A stretch of DNA of 53,928 nucleotides, filler included, from Squatina squatina (Eukaryota), in the NCBI GenBank assembly GCA_031763465.1. It is 4 parts of 4 records of this genome, joined end to end, with 100 filler letters (N's around TTAATTAATTAA, not from the genome) between each part and the next. Parts side by side here need not be neighbours in the genome. Positions count along the whole stretch, not along the records: positions 1 to 12,904 come from JARFOE010977305.1; positions 13,005 to 27,391 come from JARFOE010000219.1; 2 more parts are not named here. One strand, given 5' to 3'. Positions 8,165-21,010 of this stretch are shown in pieces. Position 1 is the first letter of the stretch. Each line of letters begins with the position of its first letter. The notes below the pieces were generated by a model. The model was not told where the DNA came from. It saw nothing but the letters and a program-made list of their open reading frames with translations, and did not search any database. The translations under genes were made by a program, and so were the position numbers.

Positions 8165-11100
8165 TTCCTGTGCTTCATACTGTGAAGAGAGACCCCTTAT
8201 CTTTAACTCCCCTGTACTTTCAAACTGTGAAGACTGACCCCTTATCTTTCACTCTCCTGTGCTTTCAAATCGTGAAGAGAGACCGCTTACCTTTCACTCT
8301 CCTGTGCTTTCAAACTATGAAGATGGCCCCCGTACCTTTCACTCTCCTGCACTTGCAAACTGGGAAGAGAGCCCCCGTACCTTTCATTCTCCTGTACTTT
8401 CAAATTGTGAGGAGATACCCCTTATCCTTCATTCTCCTGTACTTTAAACTGTGAAGAGGGACCACATCCCATTCGCTCTCCGGCACTTTCAAACTCTGAA
8501 GAGAGACCCCTTAACTTTCAATCTCCTATCTTTTCAAACTCTGAAGAGAGAGTCCTTACCTTTCACTCTCTTGTACACTCAAACTGTCAGGAGAGACCCG
8601 TTACCTTTCACTCGACTGTACTTTCGAACTGTGAAGACAGACCCCGGACCTTTCACCCTCCTGTGCTTTCAAAGTGTGAACAGAGACCGATTCCTTTCAA
8701 TCTCCTGTGCTTTCAAATAGTGAAGAGAGACCCTTCAGCTTTCACTCTCCTAACTTTTCAAACTGTGAAGAGAGAACCCTTAACTTTCACTCTCCTGTGC
8801 ATTCAAACTGAAGAGAGACGCCTTACCTTTCACTCTCCTGTGCTTTTAAACTATGAAGAGAGTATCCTTACCTTTCACATTTCTGTACTTTCATAGTATG
8901 AAGAGAGACGCCTTACCTTTCACTCTCCTGTACGTTCTAACTGTGAGGAGAGACCCCTTAATGTTCCCTCTCCTGTGTTTGCAAATTGTGAAGATAGACC
9001 CATTATCTTTCACTTTCCTGTACTTTCAAATTGTGAAGAGAGACCCCTTACATTTCATTCTCCTTTACTTTCAAATTGTGAAGAGAGACCCATTACGTTT
9101 CACTCTCATGTACTTCAAAACGTGAAGAGAGACCCCTTATCTTTCACTCCCCTATAATTTCAACCTGTGAACAGAGACAACTTACCATTCACCCTTCTAT
9201 ACTTTAAAGCTGTGAAGAGAGAACCTTTACCTTTCACTCTCCTGTCCTTTCAAATTGTGAAGAGAGACGCATTACCTTTCAGTCTCCTGTACTTTCAAAT
9301 TGTGAAGAGAGACCCCTTGCCTTTCACTCTCCTGTGCTTCATACTGTGAGGAGAGACCCCTTATCGTTCACTCTCCTGTACTTTCAAACTGTGAAGATTG
9401 AGCCCTTCTCTTTCACTCTGTTGTACTTTCAAATTGTGAAGAGAGACCCCTTATCTTTCACTCCCCTGCACTTTCAAACTGTGAAGTGAGATCGCTTACC
9501 TTACACTCTCCTCTGCTTTCAAACTTGGAAGAGAGACCACTTAGCTTTCAATCTCCTGTACTTTCAAACTGTGAAGAGAGACCCCTTACTATTCACTCTC
9601 CTGTACTTTCAAACTGTGAAGTGAGACGTCTTACCTTTCACTTTGCTGTGCTTTCAAACTGTGAAGAGAGCCCCCTTATCTTTCACTCTCCTGTCGTTTA
9701 AACTGTGAAGAGAGACTGCTTAGCTTTCACTCTCCTGTCGTTTCAAACTTTGAAGACAGACTACTTACCTTTCATTATCCTGTACTTTCAATCTGTGAAG
9801 AGAGACCCCTGATCTATCACTCTCCTGTACTTTCAAACTGTGAACAGAGCCCACGTACCTTTCATTCCCCTGTACTTTCAAACTGTGAACAGATACCCCG
9901 TACCTTTCATTCTGCTGTACTTTCAAACTGTGAAGAGAGCCCCCGTAACTTTCATTCTCCTTTACCTTCCAAATCTGAAGAGAGCCCCCGTACCTTTAAC
10001 TGTCCTGTGCTTTCAAACTGTGAAGAGCGCTCCTGTACCTTTCGTTCTGCTGTACTTTCAAATGGTGAAGAGAGACCACTTACTGTTCACTCACCTGTAC
10101 TTTCAAATGGTGAAGAGAGACTCCTTATCCTTCATTCTCATGTACTTTCAAACTGTGAAGAGAGACCACTTTGCATTCGCTCTCCGACACTGTCAAACTC
10201 TGAAGAGAGACCCCTTAACTTTCACTCTCCTACCTTTTCAAACTCTGAAGAGAGACTCCTTACCTTTCACTCTCCTGGACTATCAACTGTCAGGAGAGAC
10301 CCCTTACATTTCACTCTACTCTATTTTCGGACTGTGAAGAGAGACCCCTTACCCTTCACTCTCCTGTGCTTTCAAAGTGTGAACAGAGACCGATTCCTTT
10401 CAATCTCCTGTGTTTCATATTGTGAAGAGAGACCCCTTACCTTTCACTTTCCTGTACTTTCAAATTGTGAAGAGAGACCACTTAGCTTTCAGTCTCCTGT
10501 ACTTCCAAATATTGAAGAGAGATACCTTATCTTTCACTCTCCTGTGCTTTCAAAGTGTGAAGAGAGACCCCTTACCTTTCACTGTCCTGTGCTTTCAAAC
10601 TGAAGAGAGACCCCTTACCTTTCACTCTCCTGTACTTTCAAATTGTGAAGAGAGACCCATTACGTTTCACTCTCATGTAATTTCAAACCGGGAAGAGAGG
10701 CCCCTTGTCTTTCACTCTCCTATAGTTTCAAACTGTGAACAGAGACTCCCTACCATTCACTCTTCTGAGCTTTCAAGCTGTGAAGAGAGAACGCTTACCT
10801 TTCACTCTCATGTACATTCAAACCGTGAAGAATACCCCTTATCATTCATTCTCCTCTAGTTTCAAACTGTGAAGAGAGACCGCTTATCTTTCACTCTTCT
10901 ATACTGTCAAACTGTGAAGAGAGCCCCCTTACCTTTCACTCTCCTGTGCTTTCAAAGTGTGAACAGAGACCGCTTCCTTTCACTTTCCTCTACTTTCAAA
11001 TTGTGAAGAGGGACCCCTTAGCTTTCATTCTCCTACCTTTTCAAACTGTGAAGAGAGAACCCTTACCTTTCACTCTCCTGTGTTTGCAAATGTGGAGATA

Positions 11101-12904
11101 GACTCCTTATCTTTCACTCTCCTGTACTTTCAAATTGTGAAGCGACACCCATTACTTTTCACTCTCATGTACTTTCAACCCAGGAAGAGAGACCCCTTAT
11201 CTTTCACTGTCCTATAGTTTCAAACAGTGAACAGAGAACCCTTATCATTCAATCTTCTGTACTTTCAAATTGTGAAGAGAGACCCCTTACCTTTCACTCT
11301 CCTGTACTTTCAAATTGTGAAGATAGACCCCTTACCTTTCAATCTCCTGTACTTTCAAATTGTGAAGATAGACCCCTTACCTTTCACTCTCCTGTGCATT
11401 CAAACTATGAAGAGAGTATCCTTACCTTTCACTTTTCTTTACTTTCAAAGTATGAAGAGAGACCTCTGACTGTTCACTCTCCTGTACTTTCAAACTGTGA
11501 GGAGAGACCCCTTAATGTTCACTCTCCTGGATTTTCAAATTGTGAAGAGCGTCCCCTTACCTTTCACTCTCCAGCACTTTCAAACTGTGAAGTGAGATCG
11601 CTTATCTTACACTCTCCTCTGCTTTCAAAATTGGAAGAGAGACCACTTAGCTTTCAATCTCCTGTACTTTCAAACTGTGAAGAGAGACCCCTTACTATTC
11701 ACTCTCCTGTACTTTCAAACTGTGAAGTGAGACGTCTTACCTTTCACTTTGCTGTGCTTTCAAACTGTGAAGAGAGCCCCCTTATCTTTCACTCTCCTGT
11801 CGTTTAAACTGTGAAGAGAGACTGCTTAGCTTTCACTCTCCTGTCGTTTCAAACTTTGAAGACAGACTACTTACCTTTCATTATCCTGTACTTTCAATCT
11901 GTGAAGAGAGACCCCTGATCTATCACTCTCCTGTACTTTCAAACTGTGAACAGAGCCCCCGTACCTTTCATTCTCCTGTACTTTCAAACTGTGAAGAGAT
12001 ACCCCGTACCTTTCATTCTCCTGTACTTTCAAATTGTGAAGAGAGACCCCTTATCGTTCACTCTCCTGTACTTTCAAATTGTGAAGCATTACCCCTTATC
12101 ATTCATTCTCCTGTACTTTCAAACCGTGAAGAGAGACCCCTTATCTTTCACTCTCCTATAGTTTCAACCTGTAAACAGAGACCCCTTACAATTCACTCTC
12201 CTGTACTTTCAAATTGTGAAGAGAGACCCCTTACCTTTCACTCTCCTGTGCTGCATACTGTGAAGAGTGACCCCTTATCTTTAACTCTCCTGTACTTTCA
12301 AACTGTGAAGAGAGACCCCTTATCTTTCACTCTCCTGTGCTTTCAAACTGTGAAGAGAGCCCCCATAATTTTCATTCTCCTGTAATTTCAAACTGTGAAG
12401 AGAGCCCATGTAACTTTCATTCTCCTGTACTTTCCAACTATGAAGAGAGCCCCCGTAACTTTCACTCTCCTGCGCTTTCAAACTGTGAATAGAGCCCCCG
12501 TACCTTTCATTCTCCTGTACTTTCAAACTGTGAAGAGAGACACATTATCTTTCACTCTCCTGTGCTTTCAAACCGTGAAGTGAGAACCCTGACCTGTCAC
12601 TCTCCTGTCCGTTCAAAGTGTGAAGATAGACCCTTTACCTTTCATTCTCCTGCGCTTTCAAACTGTGAAGAGAGACCCCTTACCGTTCACTCTCCTGTAA
12701 CTTCAAATTGTGAAGAGAAACCCCTTATCCTTCATTCTCCTGTACTTTCAAACTGTGAAGAGAGACCACTTTCCCTTCACTCGCCGACACTGTCAAACTG
12801 TGAAGAGAGAACCCTTAACTTTCACTCTCCTGTAGTTTCAAATTGTGAAGAGAGTACCCTTACCTTTCACTCTCCTGTGCAATCAAACTGAAGAGGGTCG
12901 CCTT
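8165..12904. repeat. 45-bp tandem satellite, about 105 diverged units, consensus TTTCAAACTGTGAAGAGAGACCCCTTACCTTTCACTCTCCTGTAC
   Basis: Directly visible head-to-tail repeat; the 15-aa periodicity in the ORF track (FQTVKRDPLPFTLLY) confirms the unit length; runs to the scaffold end. Confidence 0.98.
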
Positions 12905-13004
12905 NNNNNNNNNNNNNNNNNNNNNNNNNNNNNNNNNNNNNNNNNNNNTTAATTAATTAANNNNNNNNNNNNNNNNNNNNNNNNNNNNNNNNNNNNNNNN
13001 NNNN
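12905..13004. other. Artificial scaffold linker N44-TTAATTAATTAA-N44
   Basis: Exactly 100 nt with a six-frame stop cassette at 12949-12960. Confidence 0.97.
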
Positions 13005-13511
13005 TGTTTCATGTGGAATTACACCCAGTATGATCCTGAGCCTTCAGGAGGTGTGTGGCTTAATCTGGAAGATGCAGTTGTATTTCATTTGACAGCTTTA
13101 TTGCTTCAGTTTGTTATCTTCTGTTGTGTGCTCTCCATTTCCTAGATGCACGGGGGGGATGGAATTCTCTAGAATTTGCCTGTCAAATCAATCTGTGATC
13201 ACAGTGGATTTTTTTCCCTCTTTTTCTACCTATTTTCTTCCATTTCCCTTCTCCCCCAGCCCAAAATCTTGAAGATATTGATTGCCATTCTTCATGTTTG
13301 AGAAAATTCTCAGGCTGTTTGACTGCATTAATCACAACACTGTTTCCCTGCCCCTTTTTGTGTGTGTGTCATGTGCGCTATGTCACTTCTTATTTCCTCT
13401 TCCCTCCATCCCCAAGCAAGAGTTGCTGCTTACAATGTCATTGTGAAGTCACTCTACATTTAAAAAAAAAAAAAAAATTTGAAGCTAAAATTTGCCTTTT
13501 TAAACTTGCAG

Positions 13512-14101
13512 AACGCAAGCCACCAATAAGTACAGGGGCCAGCATCGTAGAAAGTGAACCTCCTTCAACAGGAAACTCCTCTGAAGTGGCAAAAGCCTCC
13601 ATCCCACCGCCTCTTCATCCTCCTACTGTACACCAACAGCCACAGATGCCTCAGCGACCTCCGCCCTCCGCTGCCTACATAATGGGAATGTCAACAACCA
13701 GCTCCTACATGTCTGGGGAAGGTTTCCAGAGTTTGCAATCTATGATGAAGACTGACGGACCCTCCTATGGAAGCATACCATCTTACGGACCGCCGACTCA
13801 TGTTCCTTACCACCCGCATGTTTATCCCAATCCATCTGTGCCTCCTCCGACAAATTATCCACCCAACATCCCCCCTCCTACTCCAGGATATCCTCCGCCG
13901 GGGTACAATCCTACTTACTTGCCCCCTCCTCGGATTCCTCCTGCTCACACGGTGCCACCTCCGCCAGCACTAGGTCTCCCACCAACCAGCTACCCTCCCC
14001 CCACAGTCCCACCCGGGGGCCAACCTCCCGGGCCGCCACCACCGCCGCCACCAGGCATGCCGCCTGTAGCTGGGCTGACGCGAGGAGGTTGGTTGAGGTA
14101 A
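13512..14101 (+). CDS. CCNK: Cyclin K, last coding exon (proline-rich C-terminus)
   Basis: Acceptor ttgcag|AA. RKPP...[28 protein letters not shown]...PYHPHVYP...VPPGGQPP...GMPPV..L.RGGWLR* matches the vertebrate CCNK C-terminus as recalled. Confidence 0.95.
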
Positions 14102-14776
14102 TGGATGTTCGTACTTTGCTAAGTGGCGAGCGAGATTTGGCTTCTTATGAGGTTTGGTGTGGTCCCCAAATCGCACAGACATGGTTGATTGTCTTACATC
14201 CTACATCTGAATACCAGGGTTATAACAATACATATCATTCAACAGCTGTATATACTTCAGTTTTATTTTCTACCGTGCGCTCTCCATTTCCTAGGTGCAG
14301 GTGAATGAGAAGCCGCTTCCCTTTAGCATGGATGCCTCATCTCTGTGTTTAGCCAGCTTTCTTCCCCTCTTCCTTCCCACCCAAATGTGCACCTGCAACT
14401 TGTGATGTTGCCTATGGCTAAAATGCACCCACTCTTAGAGCAGCCAAATGAAAATATCTGGCAAACCCGTGATTAGACATTTCTTAATATGTGACGCAAG
14501 TTCTCCTCTGCTTTACCTCGTCTTGCCGAGCAGTTTTTGGCCCAGTAATATCCTCATTGGAACTTTATATTTGCTTCTAGGTGTTAAGCCAGAAGTATCT
14601 AGGTCAATGGAAAAGGAAAGAAGGAATTGGGAAAAGATAAAGATCCCCAGATTTGTACTGTGCTCTTCATCGATGCTCTGTACCAGATCTGCCCTTGGGC
14701 TGGATGCTGGTTGGCTAAGAAGGATATGTGAATTGAATCTGATTGTACTGACCTCCAGTACAGGTTACTTGTCTTG

Positions 14777-14782
14777 AATAAA
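14777..14782 (+). terminator. Candidate CCNK polyadenylation signal
   Basis: AATAAA about 680 bp after the stop codon. Confidence 0.4.
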
Positions 14783-17700
14783 GATTATTCTACTTGAGAG
14801 CAAGTAGGAAAGTTTTTCCAATGTTTATGTTCTTGCCACTTTCCCAAAGGCAGCAATAGCAAGCACCTTGTCTGCCCTGAGTGGCCACTCTTGGTCCATC
14901 AGCCACTGCCGAGACACATTTTAGCCCTGGAGAGTTATCCCTAAACCTGATATGCTCTTCCAAGAAAGGAAGCTGAGGGCCGATTTGTAGTTCCTCGGTT
15001 GTTGCGATGATTGCAATCGCTGGTGCAAACCAAGAATTGAACCCGAGACCTTCTCTGGTCTGCACGACTTAGTGCTATATTGGGTGCTGGCTCTACCTGA
15101 TAAGCCATCAGGTTGCATTATTACCCTGTGTAATAAGTCTTTAAAAACAAGTGGTTGAAGAGTTTGTTACCTTGAAAAAGTGGAATTCATCTTTGGTTCT
15201 TAATTAAATTGTTTATATTCCCAGCACCGCTGCAGTTACAACCTTCTTATTGTCCTTCAGTAGAAAGGCCAAGAAAGTGTGGGCTGCAGATTTTGGTATT
15301 GGCCAACAAGAGGTACCTGTTGCAGTCTAGAAACCACTCCAGTTGGAATGTGTTGAACAGGTGGATGGTGAGTCAGCACTTGGGGCAGGAGTGTGTATTC
15401 TGTCGGGATGACCAGTTTTTATTTTTGTCCCCTTCGTACCCTCACTTTGCTGGTTTGGCAGGGATGTGACAGGATGAATACTTTCTATTGCTGTTTGCCA
15501 TTCTGTCCAGCTTGAGTGTAAAACTTGTTAAGCAACTTCTTTTAGAGATGGCTCAAGTTCTGCATACCAGTGAAGTCTGGGATATGAACTCTGGCCCCTG
15601 GTTTGAGANNNNNNNNNNNNNNNNNNNNNNNNNNNNNNNNNNNNNNNNNNNNNNNNNNNNNNNNNNNNNNNNNNNNNNNNNNNNNNNNNNNNNNNNNNNN
15701 NNNNNNNNNNNNNNNNNNNNNNNNNNNNNNNNNNNNNNNNNNNNNNNNNNNNNNNNNNNNNNNNNNNNNNNNNNNNNNNNNNNNNNNNNNNNNNNNNNNN
15801 NNNNNNNNNNNNNNNNNNNNNNNNNNNNNNNNNNNNNNNNNNNNNNNNNNNNNNNNNNNNNNNNNNNNNNNNNNNNNNNNNATGTCTACTTCTGTTTAAA
15901 AAGAAAATATTAACTTAATTGTACATGAACTTTTACTGACTTCTCAAACGTACTACAAGACAAAAATACGTTGGTTCATGCTGGTCAAGAGATCATTGGT
16001 TCCAATCAAAATGACAGATTTACACAGATGTGATCCCTGGGTTCAGATCTCCAGCTGGAACACTCCACTTAGACAAGTGGGAATTTTAAACTAGTCTTTT
16101 TTTCATTAGTTCTGCAGTCCTATTGCACATTATTTATTTAGTTCTGTTGGGCAGTATNNNNNNNNNNAACTTGAAAAAAAAGATTCAATGTAATTTACTA
16201 TTTCTCCGTAGACGATTTGTCTATAGGTTGAATTAAGTTTATTTTTCCAAATAGTGTCAAGGCCTGAATGTAACATATGAGATTGTACTGTGAGCTGGGG
16301 CATTGACCATAGTATTGTACATTTAGCGGCTAATGTAGCCTAATAAATTTGATATTGGAGCCAATGTGTCTATTTATTGGTGTGGAAAGTCCTTTTCATT
16401 GTTTTGCGGGAGCTGTGTTTCAGATTTAGTATAAATTTGTAATTTTTTTTTCTTCATCCATGGGATGNNNNNNNNNNNNNNNNNNNNNNNNNNNNNNNNN
16501 NNNNNNNNNNNNNNNNNNNNNNNNNNNNNNNNNNNNNNNNNNNNNNNNNNNNNNNNNNNNNNNNNNNACGATAAGGAATGCAAGTCTTTCTTTTCCAAAA
16601 TGCAATCATAATATTCAAAAGCTTTCATAATGCAGTCTATTTCAGGACCGAGTGATTAGACCAGCAGCCTTTCAACCAAGGCAGTTGCATGTTTGAATCC
16701 CAGAGAGAATATTTCATTTCAATCCTCCTAATACAGCGAGGCTGAGTTAACAGCCTTTGACCTACCAGCTCGATGGAGCAATTCGTGAAAACAGAGCATT
16801 CCGAAAGTAAAATATCCTTTTTATATGGTCAGAGTTTACTGCACAAAGGCAAATGACACGTTCGCACCAAATTCCAATATACTTCAACTAAATCCCCCTG
16901 AGCCACATCCAGTTTGCTGCTGCTCCTGTCCCAGTCCCAGCTGGCATTGATCACACTGGATTCTGCTGCCAATTATACAAAAAGCAACGCTTTCACCTCC
17001 ACGTATACCAGCCTTAAGTGAAAATGAACGGGCTAATTTGGACAAATAACCTTGCAGTTATCATGGATTCACAGACCCATGTGTNNNNNNNNNNNNNNNN
17101 NNNNNNNNNNNNNNNNNNNNNNNNNNNNNNNNNNNNNNNNNNNNNNNNNNNNNNNNNNNNNNNNNNNNNNNNNNNNNNNNNNNNCCGTGCTTCAGGGTTG
17201 GGACCTTTCCAGCCCAAGACCCTGAAGTGGCCCAGTGGGACCATTCATCTGTGCAGCTGTCAGCCGCTCTCAGATCTGGAACAGACATTCCTCTCCGGAG
17301 AGCTCCACTCACTGACCTCCCACACGCCTGCTGCAGTCTAAGTACTGCACATCTAATAAACTTAGCAATCCCCCAGGCAGTTCAAAGTTGGATCCTTTCC
17401 CTAGATCTGTAGGAACTAGTACCATGCAGTTCAAAATCATTGAAGACTTGACACCTTATTATAACATTGCCTCATTAAGCTCGCATTATCTCCTTCCTTT
17501 TTTTAATGGTCCAATTATGCTGTAATTCAGAAGTATCAGCCAAGTGTTTTTTTTTATAAATAAGACCTTTTCCTGAGCCGTGTTTTAAAGTCCCTCACGG
17601 CTCCATTATTTGCAGGGCTCTGAGGAAAGAGCAGGGGAATGGGGCTAACTGCGCAGCTCTTTCCGAGAGCACGACACAGGCACAATGGGCTGAGTGGCCT

Positions 17701-18449
17701 CCTTCTGTGCTGTTTGAGTCCATGATGATACACTCCAGCTAGGGCAGCCAGATGCACACCAGACACAGACGCCACCCAGCAAAAAAAAAAACTGGGCCTT
17801 TGATTCTGTCGCCTGTTCTGACTTCAGCAGTGTAAAAGGTAGGGAGCATACACATGGAACCTCGGGGCCGAAATTCATCTCCTCTTGCACCTCCGAGGGA
17901 CACGAACGGGGCAGTAAAGGAAAAAAATGGCGCCGGGAGGTGGCCATCTCGCCTNNNNNNNNNNNNNNNNNNNNNNNNNNNNNNNNNNNNNNNNNNNNNN
18001 NNNNNNNNNNNNNNNNNNNNNNNNNNNNNNNNNNNNNNNNNNNNNNNNNNNNNNAAACTCACCGTCAATCTTTCAAAGGCCAGCTAGATACACAGCATCT
18101 TTAAACAATAACGTGCTTGAGTAATCTTAATTTGCTGTCAGTCCATTTCTTGGGCACTCGGAGTTCAAATAAGATTGAAGAGACAGCTACTGTGATGAAA
18201 TGGTAGTGCTTTTGAATTCTTCCATCTAGCCTTCAATCACAACCCTGTATTAATAATAACTCAGAGCTCTGACAGTTTTGGCAAGCTATTGCCTAGGGAT
18301 GTGATCATTACAAGGCCAGGGAGGAAGGAATGAAGAAAATAAAAAGCGGCTGAGTAATGAAGACAGAGATTGCTAAAGCGATGGAAGCCTTGCAGTTCAG
18401 GCCAACATAATCCAGTTTGAATTTGGATATGCCATCACTTTAAAAAAGG

Positions 18450-18700
18450 GGCAGTGTATTTCCCAAGCGGGTTGAGTGGATAGATGCACATACAGACAAG
18501 GTGATGCCAGGTTCAACCCCAGAGTGAGCCATCGTTAATGGCTGGACAATAGGCTACAATTAGCCTTAGCATTCCAGGATCTAGAGAGGGAAGCATCTTT
18601 TCAAGGCTATCTACACAAGATTGTTAGTGATTATGCAGGAAGTGCATGCATCTTGCTAGATAAGGACAGGGTTAGGGTCACATTATTCCACAATAATTTT
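18450..18700 (+). mobile_element. Old SINE fragment (LF-SINE-like shark family)
   Basis: ccaggttcaacccc...gctacaattagcc...agaggggaa...aaggacagg; similar to 28150-28490. Confidence 0.45.
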
Positions 18701-19424
18701 GGTTCAAATCTTAAAGTATTATGATAATACAGTATAGGAGAGGGGAAAAGTGTCCTCAATGCTCCATTTTTTGACACTTTAATAAGTGAAAACTGCAGTC
18801 ATCAACTCCTATCCTTATTTATGTAACAATAGCAACCATTAAATGTAAGATATCATTGCTGTTCATTTACCAGCAGTTGATTGTATGCAGTGTGTTTATG
18901 CCGAGATGTGTGAAATGAAATGTCTCATGTTAGTTTTACAAATAAAGTCTATAGAAGAAATGTCAACTCCCCACCACCACCACCACCACCACCCTCTGCC
19001 TCCCAGTGCTGTAATTCAGATTAAGCATTTCAGTGTTTAGTGGGCCCAATCCATCACTACACAAATTAAGTGCTACATGGTACCTTCGACAGTGCAGCAC
19101 TCCCTCCCAGTACTGCACNNNNNNNNNNNNNNNNNNNNNNNNNNNNNNNNNNNNNNNNNNNNNNNNNNNNNNNNNNNNNNNNNNNNNNNNNNNNNNNNNN
19201 NNNNNNNNNNNNNNNNNNTGCTGTGACTTGCTATACAGGCAAACACAGCAGGCATTTGTGCAGTTAGGTCCTACAATGCAGTTTTCCCTCACTGCTGCAC
19301 TGAGCTATTAGCTTAGATAATATGCTTATGTCCTGAACTGCAGTCTGAATTCTTAATGATGCAGAGGCTTGAGTGCTACCACCAAGGCAAGCTAACACAC
19401 AAGCCTGAATGCACAAAAAAGTTT

Positions 19425-19700
19425 TCATAGAATTGTAGAATAATACAGTGCAGAAGGAGGACATTTGGCCCATTGTATCTGTGCTGGCTCTTTAAAAGAA
19501 TGATGCAATTAGTCCTACTCCCCTACTCTTTCCCCCAGGGCCTTACAATTATTTTCCCCTTTAAATATTCCCTTTTGAAAGTTATTATTGAATCTGCTTC
19601 CATCACCCTTTCAAGCAGTGCATTCCAGATCACTGGAATTACTGTGTTTATTAAAAAAAAATCTCATCTCCACTCTGGTTCTTTTGCCAGATCTGACTTG
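19425..19700 (-). mobile_element. CR1 LINE 3' end fragment
   Basis: catagaa...acagtgcagaaggagg.cattt.gccc...gaatctgcttccatcaccctttcaagcagtgcattccagatc, the reverse complement of a CR1 ORF2 end and 3'UTR. Confidence 0.65.
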
Positions 19701-20584
19701 TCAATCATGAAGGGTAAAAGCATGAACATTTTTTAAAAACTGGCTCTGATTCTCGTTGATACAAACCCCTTCTCCTCACTCCACACTGCAACCTTCCTCC
19801 ATGTGAAGTGAAATCGTACTTTGGAAGGTAACCAATCGGGCTTGGCGGCTGAATCTGGTTACCCCCTTGCGGAAACAAAAAGCCTTTCACTTAATTGGAA
19901 GCTTTTACTTTTGCCCAAAAAGTTTTTTTTTAGTTTTTTTTTATAAAAGATCTCCATTGTTCATGGCAACATTACAATATTGGCACATTCATAGTCATCT
20001 CAGTATTGAGGTGTCTAAATATTTGCCCGCAATTAACGTCAGCATCTCTAGAATCAAAATGAAGGATTGATGTATTCTTAAATTAGAAACTAAACTGTCT
20101 GTGTTTATGAATGGGAAAAAAGCCCTCCTCCCAGTGAGCAAGCTCTCTCCTCCTGATGGGAAGTGACAGCTCATGTCCTGAATATTATTAAATATACAAT
20201 GAANNNNNNNNNNNNNNNNNNNNNNNNNNNNNNNNNNNNNNNNNNNNNNNNNNNNNNNNNNNNNNNNNNNNNNNNNNNNNNNNNNNNNNNNNNNNNNNNN
20301 NNNATTGCAGAGATAGGGCGGAGAGAAGCTACGGAGGGATTTCTAGATGCGGGCAAGAATATTAAATGTATTGTGCGGGTGGGGACTGCAGGTCAGCAAA
20401 CCAGACATCTTGTGGGGCAGGGTATGTGCTGCAGCTCTGAATCAGTTGGGAGTTTGTGAAGAATGGGAGGTCAAGGAGAGTGTTCTGAGTAGTTGAGTCA
20501 GGTCATGCATAAGGGCTTCAGCAACAGAGATAGGCGGAGGTGGGGATCGGGCAATTTTACAAAGGTAGAAGGAAGCAAAATAAA

Positions 20585-21010
20585 AATGACTTGCATTTAT
20601 GTAGCGCCTTTCACAACCTCAGGGCATCTCAAAGCGCTTTACAGCCAATGAAGTACTTTTGAAGTGTAATCACTGTTGCAATGTAGGAAATTTAGCAGCC
20701 AAAGTGCACACAGCAAGCTCCCACAAACAGCAATGAGATAGTAACCAGATAATCTGTTTTTTTTTAAAAAGTAATGTTGGTTGAGGGATGAATATTGGCC
20801 AGAACAATGGGAAGAACACCCTGTTTTTCTTTGAAATAGTGCCATGAGAGATCGCTCATGTCTACCCGAGAGGGCACACCGGACCTCGGTTTGAAGTCTC
20901 ATCCGAAGGACAACAGTGCAGAGCTCTCCTCAATTCTGCACTGCGGAGTGTCAACCGAGATTTTGTGCTCAGGTCTCTGGAGTGGGGACTTGAACCCATG
21001 ACCATTTGGG
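20585..21010 (-). mobile_element. SacSINE1/Deu-domain tRNA-derived SINE
   Basis: Reverse complement of the 53018-53462 family: acttgcatttat..agcgcctttcacaacctcagg...ctggagtggggacttgaaccc. Confidence 0.85.

Noticed and set aside
8011-12891. Repetitive 15-aa ORFs (FQTVKRDPLPFTLLY / SNCEERPLTFHSPVL) as a real protein or C2H2 linker derivative
   Set aside because: These follow from a 45-bp unit lacking stops in two frames. Frequent indels and stops break the frames, and there is no C2H2 Cys/His spacing.
8165-12904. CRISPR-like array next to a reverse transcriptase
   Set aside because: Units are head-to-tail diverged copies with no unique spacers, there are no cas genes, and the host is a vertebrate. 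It is a satellite.
12949-12960. TTAATTAATTAA as a piggyBac target or homeodomain site
   Set aside because: It is centred in an exact 100-nt N cassette repeated three times, so it is a synthetic spacer.
13298-13511. N-terminal extension of the 267-aa CCNK ORF
   Set aside because: It is intronic sequence upstream of the AG acceptor at 13510-13511 that happens to be open.
7721-14101. Functional link between the TAR-like hairpin and neighbouring Cyclin K
   Set aside because: They lie on different scaffolds separated by an artificial linker.
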